64,000 nt of DNA from positions 75,914 to 139,913 of the forward strand of contig CALKWM010000013.1 of NCBI GenBank assembly GCA_938004065.1. Reading direction: 5' to 3'. The notes under the pieces were generated by a model. That model had not been told where the DNA came from and made no database searches. It was given only the letters and a program-made list of their open reading frames with translations. This document shows, piece by piece, positions 46,677 through 57,095 of this stretch. Both the position numbers and the translations under genes were made by a program. Position 1 is the stretch's first letter; every line of letters begins with the position of its first letter. This DNA comes from an uncultured bacterium (GTDB lineage Bacteria > Patescibacteriota > JAHJAL01).

Positions 46677-47771
46677 TTGTTAACGTTTAAAAATATTTGC
46701 TTGAAAAGTGAAAAATACATGAAAGAAAAAATTGCAATATGGGCGATAGTGGTCAATGTTGTTTTGGCGGGTTTGAAATTGGGGGTTGGATGGTGGATCG
46801 GGGCCGGTTCGATCATGGCCGATGGCTGGCATTCTCTGACGGATGTTTTTTCATCGTTTGTCGGTTTTGCCGGAATAGAAATTGCCAAGAAACCAAAGGA
46901 TAAAAAATATCCATATGGATATTTTAAATATGAGGTATTGGCGGGATTGATAATAGTGGTTATTTTGTTGATAACTGGCTTGGGAATTATTTATGAAGGT
47001 TGGAACAATATTTTTGAGGGAAAGCAATTGGAAATAAATTATTGGGGATTGGGGGTGATGTTTTTTTCCGCTTCAATTAACGAAATTATGGCTAGATTGA
47101 AAATTTATTATGGAAAGAGGGAAAATTCGGTGGCTTTGATCTCCGATGGTGTTCATAGTCGCGTGGATGTTTATTCTTCACTGATTATTTTTGTCGGTTT
47201 ATTTTTCGTTTCATATTGGCAGTATTTGGATTCATTGTTAACCATTTTGGTAGGTTTATATGTAATTTATGAGTCATATAAATTGACGAGAGAATCTTTG
47301 GGATCGCTGACCGATGCATCAGCGGGAGAAGAAATGAATAAAAAAGTCGAAGCAATTTTAAAGAAGAATAATATTAATTTTTCCGAGATAATTACTCAGA
47401 TAAAAGGACCGGTGGTGTCGGCTAACATAACGATAAAAATTGAAAAGGGTAAAAGTGTGGCGGAGGGGACAAAAGTATCCGATAATTTAAAAAATGTACT
47501 TTTAAAAGAGATTGAAGAATTGGAATATGTGGCGATACAGATTGAAAATCGGGAAGAAACTTTTAATTATTATCAATCAAATGATATTTTTGAAGATAAG
47601 CGGATTATTGGCTGGGAAGGGCGGTGTTTTATGAGTAGAAAAACAAAGGATAAAAATTTTGGATTATGTGAATGTATCCAATGTGGCAATACTATTAAGC
47701 ATTTACCCGGCGCGCCATGTCAAAACAATGTATGTGAAAAATGTGGCGCGACTATGCGTAGAAAACAATAA
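46677..47771 (+). CDS. Cation diffusion facilitator (CDF) metal transporter with a C-terminal Cys-rich zinc-ribbon extension
   Basis: Six TM helices. CDF-like ADGWHSLTDV motif. C-terminal CECIQCGN...CEKCGAT. Confidence 0.65.
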   Translation: MLTFKNICLKSEKYMKEKIAIWAIVVNVVLAGLKLGVGWWIGAGSIMADGWHSLTDVFSSFVGFAGIEIAKKPKDKKYPYGYFKYEVLAGLIIVVILLITGLGIIYEGWNNIFEGKQLEINYWGLGVMFFSASINEIMARLKIYYGKRENSVALISDGVHSRVDVYSSLIIFVGLFFVSYWQYLDSLLTILVGLYVIYESYKLTRESLGSLTDASAGEEMNKKVEAILKKNNINFSEIITQIKGPVVSANITIKIEKGKSVAEGTKVSDNLKNVLLKEIEELEYVAIQIENREETFNYYQSNDIFEDKRIIGWEGRCFMSRKTKDKNFGLCECIQCGNTIKHLPGAPCQNNVCEKCGATMRRKQ

Positions 47772-47850
47772 TTTTTTTTTAAAATTATTGACACCCCTAG
47801 GGGGTGTATGATAGATTTGAGGAAGTTAGTAATATTTTTTAATAATAGCC

Positions 47851-48093
47851 ATGAAAAATAATGAACAAAGGATAAACAATATTATCGGTCAGATGGAAGG
47901 GATAAAAAATATGTTGAGTACAAAACAAGATTGTGCGGCGGTTATCACTCAACTGAAAGCAGTCAAATCCGCACTGTCATCTTTGACGGCCAAGGTGGTT
48001 GGTGAAAATGTAGAAAGTTGCGTGAAAGGATTGGATAAAAAGGGGCGAGAAAAAATCAGCAATTTGATAAATGAATTAAGCAAGATAGAATAA
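47851..48093 (+). CDS. CsoR/RcnR-family metal-sensing transcriptional repressor
   Basis: 80 aa. IIGQMEGIKNML...DCAAVITQLKAVKSAL...ESCV matches the CsoR-like helix bundle with Cys ligands. Confidence 0.55.
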   Translation: MKNNEQRINNIIGQMEGIKNMLSTKQDCAAVITQLKAVKSALSSLTAKVVGENVESCVKGLDKKGREKISNLINELSKIE

Positions 48094-49263
48094 ATGAATA
48101 ATATTGACGATAAGGATATAATGAAAAAACAATATTCGCCATTGTTGTATTTATCGGCTTTGGGTGCGGGTGGTATTGCAGTTATGTTTTTCGCGGTTAT
48201 TAATTATACCTTTGATCATGGTGAGGGGTTGGCCAATGTTTCTCAAGTTTCTTTGGAAAATTTGGATTGGTGGAAGTATTGGGTTTTTTGTGGTTTTGAA
48301 GTAGGAATGGTTGTTTTTTCTTTGATCCATTTGTTTTTATCTTTGTATTTGTTGCCTGGATTGATAAGATTTGTTAGACATGAAAATTTCAAAGATTTTA
48401 TAAACGATCCGTTGAAAAATGCAGCGATAGTGGCGCCTTTAATTTCAATTGTTATGTCAATTAATGTAATGCTGTCGGTGGTGAGATTTTTTGTACCTTA
48501 TCTTTATGACAATTTACAGCAGTTTATGTTACCCGGGCTGTTGGCGTGGGGGTTGTTATATTTGTTGATAATGTTGGTAGAAATCTTGCTTTTGAAAATT
48601 TCTTTTACCAATGGATTTGATATTGGCAAGATAAATTTTGGCTGGTTGTTGCATCCTTTTGTATTGGGCATGTTGACGGTTACCGGGACGGGTATTGCGG
48701 CGATGGCCAAGGATTACGATATAGCCACAATAGCTATGGTATTGACTATTGTTTCAGGGAGCATGGGTTTGTTTTTGTTGTTGGTGAAAACTATTACTTT
48801 GTTTACGAGTCATTTTGCGGCTACCGGTTTGCCGGAAAAACAATTTTTGCCCAGTTTACTAATAGTAATTCCAAATATAACACTCTATGCTATTAGTTTT
48901 TTTCGGTTGGCACATTATTTTGAGAGACATCATGAGGCGCATATTCATACATTTCAACAAGTAGTAGTATTGACGGCTTGGGCGTTTGAAACTTGGTATT
49001 TGATTTTTGGATTGGTTTTGTTGGTTGATTATTTTAAAAAATATTTCCGAAAGGATTTTACGATTTCACAGTGGGGTTTGGTTTGCCCTTTTGTGGCGTA
49101 TGTAGTATTGGGAGCTTTTGTTTATAAAATGATTTTAGGGTATGATTTTGTTTTTGTTTATCTGTTGATATTTTTGTTGATTACTTTGTGGTTGTTTTTT
49201 AATCTATTGGTTAAACAAACTGCTTGCTGGGGTCAGAAAACAAGTTATTTTAATTGTGAGTGA
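48094..49263 (+). CDS. Polytopic membrane protein (around 10 TM helices), hypothetical transporter
   Basis: Hydrophobicity pattern only. Confidence 0.45.
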   Translation: MNNIDDKDIMKKQYSPLLYLSALGAGGIAVMFFAVINYTFDHGEGLANVSQVSLENLDWWKYWVFCGFEVGMVVFSLIHLFLSLYLLPGLIRFVRHENFKDFINDPLKNAAIVAPLISIVMSINVMLSVVRFFVPYLYDNLQQFMLPGLLAWGLLYLLIMLVEILLLKISFTNGFDIGKINFGWLLHPFVLGMLTVTGTGIAAMAKDYDIATIAMVLTIVSGSMGLFLLLVKTITLFTSHFAATGLPEKQFLPSLLIVIPNITLYAISFFRLAHYFERHHEAHIHTFQQVVVLTAWAFETWYLIFGLVLLVDYFKKYFRKDFTISQWGLVCPFVAYVVLGAFVYKMILGYDFVFVYLLIFLLITLWLFFNLLVKQTACWGQKTSYFNCE

Positions 49264-49287
49264 GTATAATTTAATTGGGAGAAGAAA

Positions 49288-49626
49288 ATGTCAAAAGTAA
49301 TGCATTTAACAAATGAAACTTTTGATCAGGAGGTGTTGCAATCCGATATTCCGGTTTTGGTGGATTTTTGGGCGCCCTGGTGTGTCCCATGTCAGATGAT
49401 GGGTCCGGTATTGGATAAATTGGCGGAAAGTGTTGAAGAAAAAGTAAAAATTGCCAAACTGGATGTCGATAATCCTATGCATCAAGCATTGGCGATGAAG
49501 TATCAAATCAGTAGTATTCCCAGTATAAAGATATTTAAAGGTGGGCAAGTGGTCAGAGAATTGGTGGGAGTGATGAGTGAGGAACAATTAAAAGATGAAT
49601 TACGAAATGTTTATAAATATTTGTGA
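49288..49626 (+). CDS. trxA: Thioredoxin
   Basis: WCVPC active site in a 112-aa thioredoxin fold (FWAPWCVPCQMM). Confidence 0.85.
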   Translation: MSKVMHLTNETFDQEVLQSDIPVLVDFWAPWCVPCQMMGPVLDKLAESVEEKVKIAKLDVDNPMHQALAMKYQISSIPSIKIFKGGQVVRELVGVMSEEQLKDELRNVYKYL

Positions 49627-49645
49627 TAAATAATAGGAGGATAAA

Positions 49646-50371
49646 ATGGAAGATGAAATATTTGAAAAAAAAGAAGAAATAATTTCTATGCCTCGGATCG
49701 GAGATTTGGCGCCGTCGTTTAAAGCGATAACAACACAGGGAGAAATAGATTTTCCAAAACAGTACAAGGGTAGTTGGGTGATATTGTTTAGCCATCCGGC
49801 TGATTTTACACCGGTTTGCACCTCGGAGTTTATGACTTTTGCCAGCATGGAAGAAAAATTTTCCCAGGCCAATTGCAAATTGGTTGGTTTGTCGGTGGAT
49901 GGTTTATATAGTCATATCGCTTGGCTTAGAACAATCAAAGAAAAGATTGAGTATAAAGGAATGAAAGATGTGGAAGTAAAATTTCCGTTGATTGAAGATA
50001 TTACTATGGAAGTAGCTAAAAAATATGGTATGATCCAGCCCGGTGAGAGCAATACCAAGGCAGTGAGAGCCGTGTTCTTTATTGACCCAAAAGGGGTTAT
50101 CAGGACGATAATTTATTATCCTTTGAGTTTGGGACGAAATTTTGATGAGTTATATCGAGTTTTGGTGGCATTGCAAGTGGCGGATAAATATAATGTGGCA
50201 TTGCCGGCTGATTGGCGGTTGGGTGATGACGTAATTGTTCCTCCCGCCGGTTCATGTGGGGTGGCTAAAGATCGGATGGAAGGAAAAGATGAAATGACAT
50301 GTCATGATTGGTTTTTTTGTACCAAAAAGATCGATGCCGGTCAAATTGAGAAAGATATTTTAATGAAGTAG
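49646..50371 (+). CDS. 1-Cys (Prx6-type) peroxiredoxin
   Basis: FTPVCTSE peroxidatic cysteine motif. Roughly 240 aa with a C-terminal extension. Confidence 0.8.
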   Translation: MEDEIFEKKEEIISMPRIGDLAPSFKAITTQGEIDFPKQYKGSWVILFSHPADFTPVCTSEFMTFASMEEKFSQANCKLVGLSVDGLYSHIAWLRTIKEKIEYKGMKDVEVKFPLIEDITMEVAKKYGMIQPGESNTKAVRAVFFIDPKGVIRTIIYYPLSLGRNFDELYRVLVALQVADKYNVALPADWRLGDDVIVPPAGSCGVAKDRMEGKDEMTCHDWFFCTKKIDAGQIEKDILMK

Positions 50372-50642
50372 TTGTTAAATAGATAATTCGTAGATAAAAC
50401 AGAGTCATGATTTGGCTCTGTTTTTGTTTAGTGGATGACTGTCTTTACAGTGGAAGGAGTATGATGTTTATGATCCGAGGGTGAGTTTATGGATGCATTT
50501 TTAGGTACAATTTGCTATACTGAAAAAATTTTTGGTAAAAATATTGTTAAAAAAAAGTTATTGTTCGGTAAATTTATTATGTAACTTGATTTGATATAAT
50601 TGGTTTGGTTAGAAAAGTTATTTTTTAAATTAAGGATTATAT

Positions 50643-51695
50643 ATGAAAAGAGTATTTTTTTTGATTTTTTTGTTTTTTGCTTTGCTGATTTTACCGGCTT
50701 GTAGTATGCCAATAGTATTGGAAAATATTTCGACATTTACTGTGATCGGTGATAAAAATCAGATCGAGTATCGGCCATTTAAGCAAGCAAGTTATCAATA
50801 TCTATCTGATGATAGTCAAACATTTGAAAGTTATACCTGGATAAAAACTCATGAAAGTGAAGCAATTTTGGATTTTGGTGATTTTGGTGTCATGTTTATG
50901 GACAAAAATTCAGTAGCGCAAGCAAGAATCTGTGATCAAGGTGTTTACGTTGTTCAGATAGAGGGTAATGGTTATCACGCTGTCAATCCGGTAGCCGAGG
51001 GGAAATATTATAACGTGTTGACTGGCAATGGTCTGCATGTGGTGAAAGGGACCGGTTTTGGGACAGAAGGTACGGATTCCAGTTGGACGGATGAGGGCGA
51101 AGTGATAATTGTAGATGAAATCACGGAGCGACATGAGGAAATGAGCGAGGAAGATGTACCGGATGGCCCGTTGTGGGTATATGGTGGCCGAACCAGTATT
51201 GTGATTCGAAGGCAAATTCCCAGAGAAGCTGGTGGTGCAACCGGTACCAATGTGGGTGCCGGGCAATCAAGAACGAATGGAACCAGTGAATATTTCGATC
51301 CGAATTTGGCGGGTAGTAGTTGGAGGCAGAGAGCGCGTGATCTTTATCGACGATGGCGGGAGTTGGAAGCGCAACGTTATCAGTTGGGAGACGAGGAATT
51401 TCGCCGTCGGCTGATGGGACTGTTGAATTCATATTTGACAACTATTTCTGATGAAGAACTGTATGCTGATGTAACAAATTGCGATGAATTGAGGAAAAAT
51501 TTGCCAAGTGCTTTGTTTGCAATTGGTCAACTCAATGCGTCCGATGATATGCGGGCGGCGGCAGATAAGGTATTTGAAGAATTTGGTGGTTTGGATGGAA
51601 TGGAGAACTTTTTAAATCATGTGTGTGATGATGATGTTATAGACAGTCGGGAGCGGGAGTTTATCAATCAACTAGATGAGTTTTATGGTTTGTAA
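50643..51695 (+). CDS. Secreted lipoprotein-like hypothetical protein
   Basis: Signal peptide with an LILPAC lipobox. Confidence 0.5.
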   Translation: MKRVFFLIFLFFALLILPACSMPIVLENISTFTVIGDKNQIEYRPFKQASYQYLSDDSQTFESYTWIKTHESEAILDFGDFGVMFMDKNSVAQARICDQGVYVVQIEGNGYHAVNPVAEGKYYNVLTGNGLHVVKGTGFGTEGTDSSWTDEGEVIIVDEITERHEEMSEEDVPDGPLWVYGGRTSIVIRRQIPREAGGATGTNVGAGQSRTNGTSEYFDPNLAGSSWRQRARDLYRRWRELEAQRYQLGDEEFRRRLMGLLNSYLTTISDEELYADVTNCDELRKNLPSALFAIGQLNASDDMRAAADKVFEEFGGLDGMENFLNHVCDDDVIDSREREFINQLDEFYGL

Positions 51696-52135
51696 TTTGA
51701 TATATATTTTTTTAGAGAAATTAGTCAATATTTGTGTTTGTTCTGTTCGTTGCATAGAAATTTTGATCTAAAAAAGTAGAGGTATTTGTTGTTTTTTTAG
51801 TGTATTGTTTGGAAAAGTTGTTGGAAATTAAAATATGCAAAGAAAGAAATAATACTAAAAATATGATTTGTGATATAAATTCCGAGCGAAGAATGAAAAA
51901 TTATGAATAAAAAGATAGATTATTTACTTTTTGTGGTATTGGTTATCGGAGTGTTTTGGTTGATATATAGCTTGAGGGTTAGTTGTCCTGAAGTGATAAA
52001 TTTGATGCCATGTGCGTGTATTGATGATTCTTGTAATAACTGTCCAAGCTCGAATGTTCCCTGGTATTGTTATGGAAGAACGGAAATAGTTCGGTAAAGA
52101 TCATTTGGGATTGGAAAAATATTTTTAAAATAATT

Positions 52136-53221
52136 ATGAAAAAAATTGTAGCGGTTATACTGTTTGGTTTTTTTCTCGGTTTGGTATGGCCACAGCCGGT
52201 TTTGGCAGTAATGAAAATAACGGTGTATGGCGATCAAATGGAGTCAAATAGTCCGGGAGTATATAGTAATCATGATATGGAATTTTAAATTGCCTGATGG
52301 GTTGTCTTTGGGGGTTGGCAAGGAGATGGATATTTCACTGGCGGCGGAGTTTGATATGAGCATGATTACTATTGATGATGTAGATCTGATTGCTGATGGA
52401 GTAAATATGGTGTTGGTAACGGGTGATCCTGCGGTGGCCAATGAAGCGAAATTTATCAAGAATGGAAACAATCTTCGTTTTGAGTTTCATGATAACCTCT
52501 TTGTTCCGGATGATCACTCAATGCGATTGATAGTGGGGACAAATGCTTCGGGTGGAACGAATAAGATCAGGAATCCCTTGGTTTCAGGAGTGTATTTTTT
52601 ATATATACAAACATATCAGGCGGATCATGTTGGTTTAAAAAAGGATAATGGTGAGTTGGCATACAATATTGGCGAGGGTACGGTAGTAACGGCGACAGTT
52701 CCTTCAGTCTTGTCATTTGCGGTCGATGGTGTGGCTATGGGTAATGCTTGTTCCAATTCGGGTGGAAATGCTGACGTGACTACAACTGTGGTTAGTATTC
52801 CTTTTGGGGTGTATCTGGGAGCGGGAAAAAAATTGCTTGTCAATCGTTGATAGTAAATACCAATGCGACGAATGGATATATTGTTACGGTGCAACAGAAT
52901 CAAAATCTTACTAGCGGGAGTTTGGATACAATCAATCCGTTTGTGGGTAGTTATCTGGTGCTGATGGTTTGGAGTGGTCCACCGGGATTGGGAGTAGAGT
53001 CGTATTTTGGTTTTACTACTGATGATGTTGATTATGCAAATTTTCAATCGGATAAGTATGGTTCTTTTGCGAGTGACAATCATCCTTATAATGTGGTGGT
53101 GGAGACCGGACCGGTGGTGGGTGAAATCAATTATATTTCTTATCAGTTGGAAGTAACCAATATGCAGGAATCGGGTATTTATAGCAATGATATTACATAT
53201 ATCGCGACGGCGATTTTTTAG
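52136..53221 (+). pseudogene. Secreted protein gene split over three reading frames (candidate frameshifted gene or sequencing indels)
   Basis: Signal peptide MKKIVAVILFGFFLGLVWPQPVLA. The coding signal continues from frame to frame across 52136-52288, 52227-52850 and 52847-53221. The shifts lie at or near the homopolymer tracts tttt/aaa (around 52275) and a7 (around 52835). Confidence 0.45.
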
Positions 53222-53298
53222 GAACGTGTTTTAAATGTGATTTGAAAAAAAATATCGCCATTGTTAAAATTGATGGCGATTATTCATATTAAAAAAAT

Positions 53299-53814
53299 TT
53301 ATTTTTGTTTTCCGTAGGCGTCATAATGTCCGGACTTTATGTCTTGAACAGTAGTTTTGCCTGCGGAGATCGAAATTTGGTAGTTAGCGATGGGATTCTC
53401 GGTCCCATCGTCGTGTCCCGTTTGGCTCATCCATGCCTCGATCATGCCTTCTCCCGGAGGGATATTATAGATAACATATTCCCCCCTGTCATTGGCGGTG
53501 GCAGTGTACAGATTTTCTGTACTATTACTGCCTTGAAAAAGATACAATTTGAGGTAAGCATTGGGGATGACAGCGAATTGGTCGCTGACCAAGCCCCGGA
53601 TTGAGCCAGTTGTTGGAGTTGGTTGAACGGGATTCGGGGTTGTGGTAGGAGAGTCGGAGCATCCGGCAATAATCATTAGCAAGATTAGAAAGAGAATTAT
53701 TTTTTTGCCTAAATTTTTGGAAAAAGATAACATTTTTTTACCTCCATTTTTAAAATTCACATTCATTAATGAACGCGTAGGTTGATGATAGCATGAAAAC
53801 CGTTTAATATTCAA
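53299..53814 (-). CDS. Secreted lipoprotein, hypothetical
   Basis: Signal peptide LILLMIIAGCSDS (lipobox). Confidence 0.5.
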   Translation of the reverse strand: MNIKRFSCYHQPTRSLMNVNFKNGGKKMLSFSKNLGKKIILFLILLMIIAGCSDSPTTTPNPVQPTPTTGSIRGLVSDQFAVIPNAYLKLYLFQGSNSTENLYTATANDRGEYVIYNIPPGEGMIEAWMSQTGHDDGTENPIANYQISISAGKTTVQDIKSGHYDAYGKQK

Positions 53815-53871
53815 TGATCACTTTTAAGGTATAATAAATATATTAAATAATATTTTAAATCGGAGGTATTT

Positions 53872-54270
53872 ATGAAAGGTTTTAATGCAAATATTGAACA
53901 AGAAACTTTAGCCAATGACAATTTTCGGAAAGTTCTGTATACTGGCAAGCATAGTCAATTGGTTTTGATGAGTTTGCTACCCGGGGAGGAGATAGGGATG
54001 GAGATTCATGCTGGCAACGATCAGTTTTTTCGGTTTGAACAGGGGACTGGCAAAGTGTTGATTGATGGTAATGAGTATGAAGTAAAGGATGGATCGGCGA
54101 TCGTGGTGCCGGCGGGGGCGGAGCACAATGTTATCAATGTATCCGAGAATGAAAAGTTGAAATTATATACAATCTATTCTCCGGCTCATCATCAGGATGG
54201 GGTAATCAGATTGACTAGAGATGAAGCATTGGCGGATGAACCGGAATTTGATGGAAAAACAACGGAATAG
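53872..54270 (+). CDS. Cupin-domain protein
   Basis: EIHAGNDQFF...DGSAIVVPAGAEHNVIN metal-binding cupin motifs. Confidence 0.6.
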   Translation: MKGFNANIEQETLANDNFRKVLYTGKHSQLVLMSLLPGEEIGMEIHAGNDQFFRFEQGTGKVLIDGNEYEVKDGSAIVVPAGAEHNVINVSENEKLKLYTIYSPAHHQDGVIRLTRDEALADEPEFDGKTTE

Positions 54271-54474
54271 AGTTCTAAAAAAATTATGTCGAAAAAGATA
54301 TTGATTGATGAATTGGAAAAACGATAGTGTTTGGATGGCCGGAGACCAAAAATAACAACTGTATGTACAGTTGTTATTTTATCTTTGAAAGGTTTTGTTA
54401 TATTGATATTGAGTGTAAATAATATTTAATGATGTTTTCTGGTGGCGAATTAACTATATGTTATGGAGAAATAA

Positions 54475-55113
54475 ATGAATTGGAAAGGTTTATTGGGTAA
54501 GCTTACTGCTCGAGATGTGTTTTTGCTATCTCTGGTGGTAGTTTTGTATGTATTGGTCTCATTTTTTGCCAAAAGTTACGAGAGTTATTTGATGCAATTG
54601 TTTTTGCTACAAAGTTGGGCAGGAGTGATAGTGTATATTATGTTAATTGCAGTTGGATCGGCAACACCAATGAGTACGGTAATTTTTATGCCGATGGCAG
54701 TAGTGATGTGGGGTAGTTGGTGGTCGGCTGTTTATACGATGATAGGATGGTGGTTGGGAGCGGTGGTTGTTTTTATGTTGACCCGAAAATATGGTCGGCC
54801 GTTGGTGGTGAAATTTGTTGACCCGGAGAGATTGGCAAAGTTTGAAGGGTTATTTCCCAGAGTAAATGTTTTTTGGATGATGGTTTATCTTAGAATAATT
54901 TTTCCGGTAGATATTTTGAGTTTCGGGTTGGGATTGGTTGGAGGCATTAAACTATGGCAATATGTTTTGGCGACATTGTTAGGGATAATTCCGCCAGCTT
55001 TGATATTGGCTTTTTTTGCAAAAATTTCAATTTTTTGGCAGATATTGATGGGTATGATATTGATATTTCTGTTGCTGTGGTTTTTTATGAAAAAAAATAA
55101 TAAAAAAATATAG
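54475..55113 (+). CDS. Polytopic membrane protein, hypothetical
   Basis: Five or six TM helices. Confidence 0.4.
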   Translation: MNWKGLLGKLTARDVFLLSLVVVLYVLVSFFAKSYESYLMQLFLLQSWAGVIVYIMLIAVGSATPMSTVIFMPMAVVMWGSWWSAVYTMIGWWLGAVVVFMLTRKYGRPLVVKFVDPERLAKFEGLFPRVNVFWMMVYLRIIFPVDILSFGLGLVGGIKLWQYVLATLLGIIPPALILAFFAKISIFWQILMGMILIFLLLWFFMKKNNKKI

Positions 55114-55195
55114 TTAATCGGTAATGTTGTAAGTATTGGATGTTTGATATGTTATAACAGTTTTTGCAAGAAAAATCCTAGTCAAATCGTAGTAA

Positions 55196-55639
55196 TTGGT
55201 GAAATACCAATTACTATTTTTATTTATGGACAAAAAACTAAAAAACGTGTGGCCGGTATCGCTATTTTTGGTGTTGATTGTGTTGATAAGCGGTTGTGAT
55301 TATGGTCAAGAGATTGTCGAAAATACAAATCAAAATGATTTAAATATTTTGGACAATGGTAACGATCGGGAAGTGGGGGAGATTGATTACCAGTATATCG
55401 ATGAAAAATCCGGGGAGACTATTGAAGATGATGGAGGTGCGGCCCTTGTATCCGAAGTTAAAAAATTGATTGTGGATGGAAATAAATGTATCGGTTGCGG
55501 TAAATGTGCCAGGACGGCATCGGTAAATTTTAGTATGGAAAACGGGACGGCGATGGTGATTTCGCAGGATGGTCTTGACAGTGTTGTAGTTGATGGTGCG
55601 ATCAAAGGATGTCCTGTGCGAGCAATTCAAATTATTTAA
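55196..55639 (+). CDS. Ferredoxin domain protein with a lipoprotein-type signal peptide
   Basis: N-terminal hydrophobic segment with the lipobox LISGC. C-terminal CIGCGKCARTA...CPVRAI single-cluster Fe-S motif. Confidence 0.55.
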   Translation: MVKYQLLFLFMDKKLKNVWPVSLFLVLIVLISGCDYGQEIVENTNQNDLNILDNGNDREVGEIDYQYIDEKSGETIEDDGGAALVSEVKKLIVDGNKCIGCGKCARTASVNFSMENGTAMVISQDGLDSVVVDGAIKGCPVRAIQII

Positions 55640-55796
55640 TGAGTTGTGCTAATTAGAAAAACAAAATATGGATTGGATCCCCGATCCTGCATCCGAGCAT
55701 TCGCCGGACAGGTTCGCCGGACAAGTTATCGAAGCGCCCGCCGATTCGGCGGACTTTCGACTCGAGGATGACAGATAAAAAAATAAACTAGCACAA
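55639..55796. repeat. Repeat family A copy 2
   Basis: aatgagttgtgctaa...ggatccccgatcc...ccgccgattcggcgg...cgactcgaggatgacagataa...ctagcacaa. Confidence 0.6.
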
Positions 55797-55831
55797 ATAA
55801 TTAATTAAAAATTTTTGAAAATTTTTAAATT

Positions 55832-56326
55832 ATGGATTTACATTTAATTTTTGCTAAACTTGCTTGGTTGTTTTTGATTGCAGTAATGTTGATTCGACCG
55901 GTCAATGATGTTTTTTGTTTTGGATTGTGTCGCAGTGGGATGAGATATAGGAAATATCTGGGTATTGCGGCCGGTATTTTTGCCGTGCTCCATGTGATTT
56001 GGTTTATGGTTGAATATGGTTTGGACGTTGGTTTTTTTATCGGTCCGGTATGGGATTTTACAAATTTGTTCGGCTGGGGGATGTTAGCGTTAATTTTTAT
56101 TTTGCCACCCTTGTTGACTTCCAATGTTTGGTCACAAAAAATTTTCCAAAAAAATTGGAAATTGATTCAAAAATTGTCATATTTGGCATTTGTATTTACC
56201 GGTATTCACATTGCATTTATTGTCGATAGATTGTGGGTGGGATTGGTACCGGTAGTTGTATGGTTGATATTTGTAATTGTGGCTAATGTTAAAAAAGATT
56301 GTCAAAAAAACTATTGTAAAAAATAG
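55832..56326 (+). CDS. Membrane protein with conserved His residues in TM helices (possible haem-binding ferric-reductase-like/MsrQ-like protein)
   Basis: Four or five TM helices. His residues in FAVLHVIWF and FTGIHIAFIV. Confidence 0.35.
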   Translation: MDLHLIFAKLAWLFLIAVMLIRPVNDVFCFGLCRSGMRYRKYLGIAAGIFAVLHVIWFMVEYGLDVGFFIGPVWDFTNLFGWGMLALIFILPPLLTSNVWSQKIFQKNWKLIQKLSYLAFVFTGIHIAFIVDRLWVGLVPVVVWLIFVIVANVKKDCQKNYCKK

Positions 56327-56332
56327 ACTTTT

Positions 56333-56944
56333 TTAAAGCCAATCGGTTAAATTGTCAATAATGTTGTTGGTGTATAAATAATAGACCAATCCAACCAGAG
56401 CGGAATGTTTGATGGCTCTGGTGGTAATGCCATAGAGTAAAAAATCTTTGAAATCGATTTTAAGGACTCCAAAAATTATCGGGAAGTATGGTAATGGAGC
56501 AAAACTGATTAATGGCAAAGCATAACGGTCATATTTTTGCATAAAATCAGTAACTTGTTTGAATTTTTTTTTCGTGATGAAAAGCAAAGCGACTTTTTTA
56601 CCGTATTTATAGCCGATATAAAAGGCGATTAAACTACCGATGGTGCTACCCAGTATGATGACCAGTAAAGCAGTGATCATATTGAGACCGATAAGTTGAC
56701 TGATGATAATCAAAATATCAGTTGAAAGCATTTGTGGGATCCCTTCGAGTAGAGCGGCAAATAATCCGAGGCCAAAGTAGCTGTATTGATATAAATATTC
56801 GGTGAAAATATTTAGCAGATTATCATAATAAATATATGAGAAAACGAATACTGCGATGATGGTCAGGATTGCAAATATTCGAAAAAATTTGTTAGTGGTA
56901 AATTTCATAAATTGTGGTTGTATATTATTTATTACGCTAAACAA
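56333..56944 (-). CDS. DedA/TVP38-family membrane protein (tentative)
   Basis: RYALPLISFAPLPYFP...GITTRAIK resembles the DedA C-terminal motifs. Confidence 0.45.
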   Translation of the reverse strand: MFSVINNIQPQFMKFTTNKFFRIFAILTIIAVFVFSYIYYDNLLNIFTEYLYQYSYFGLGLFAALLEGIPQMLSTDILIIISQLIGLNMITALLVIILGSTIGSLIAFYIGYKYGKKVALLFITKKKFKQVTDFMQKYDRYALPLISFAPLPYFPIIFGVLKIDFKDFLLYGITTRAIKHSALVGLVYYLYTNNIIDNLTDWL

Positions 56945-57095
56945 TATATTTTTATTGCAATAGTTTAAATTTATACTTTTGGGAGAAAAAAGTAAAAAAT
57001 GTAAAAGTTATTAAAGCCGAAATAAACCGGTTTGATTTTATGAATTGAAGATAAGTATATATAATGGTAGTTGTAATACTAACCAATAATAAATT

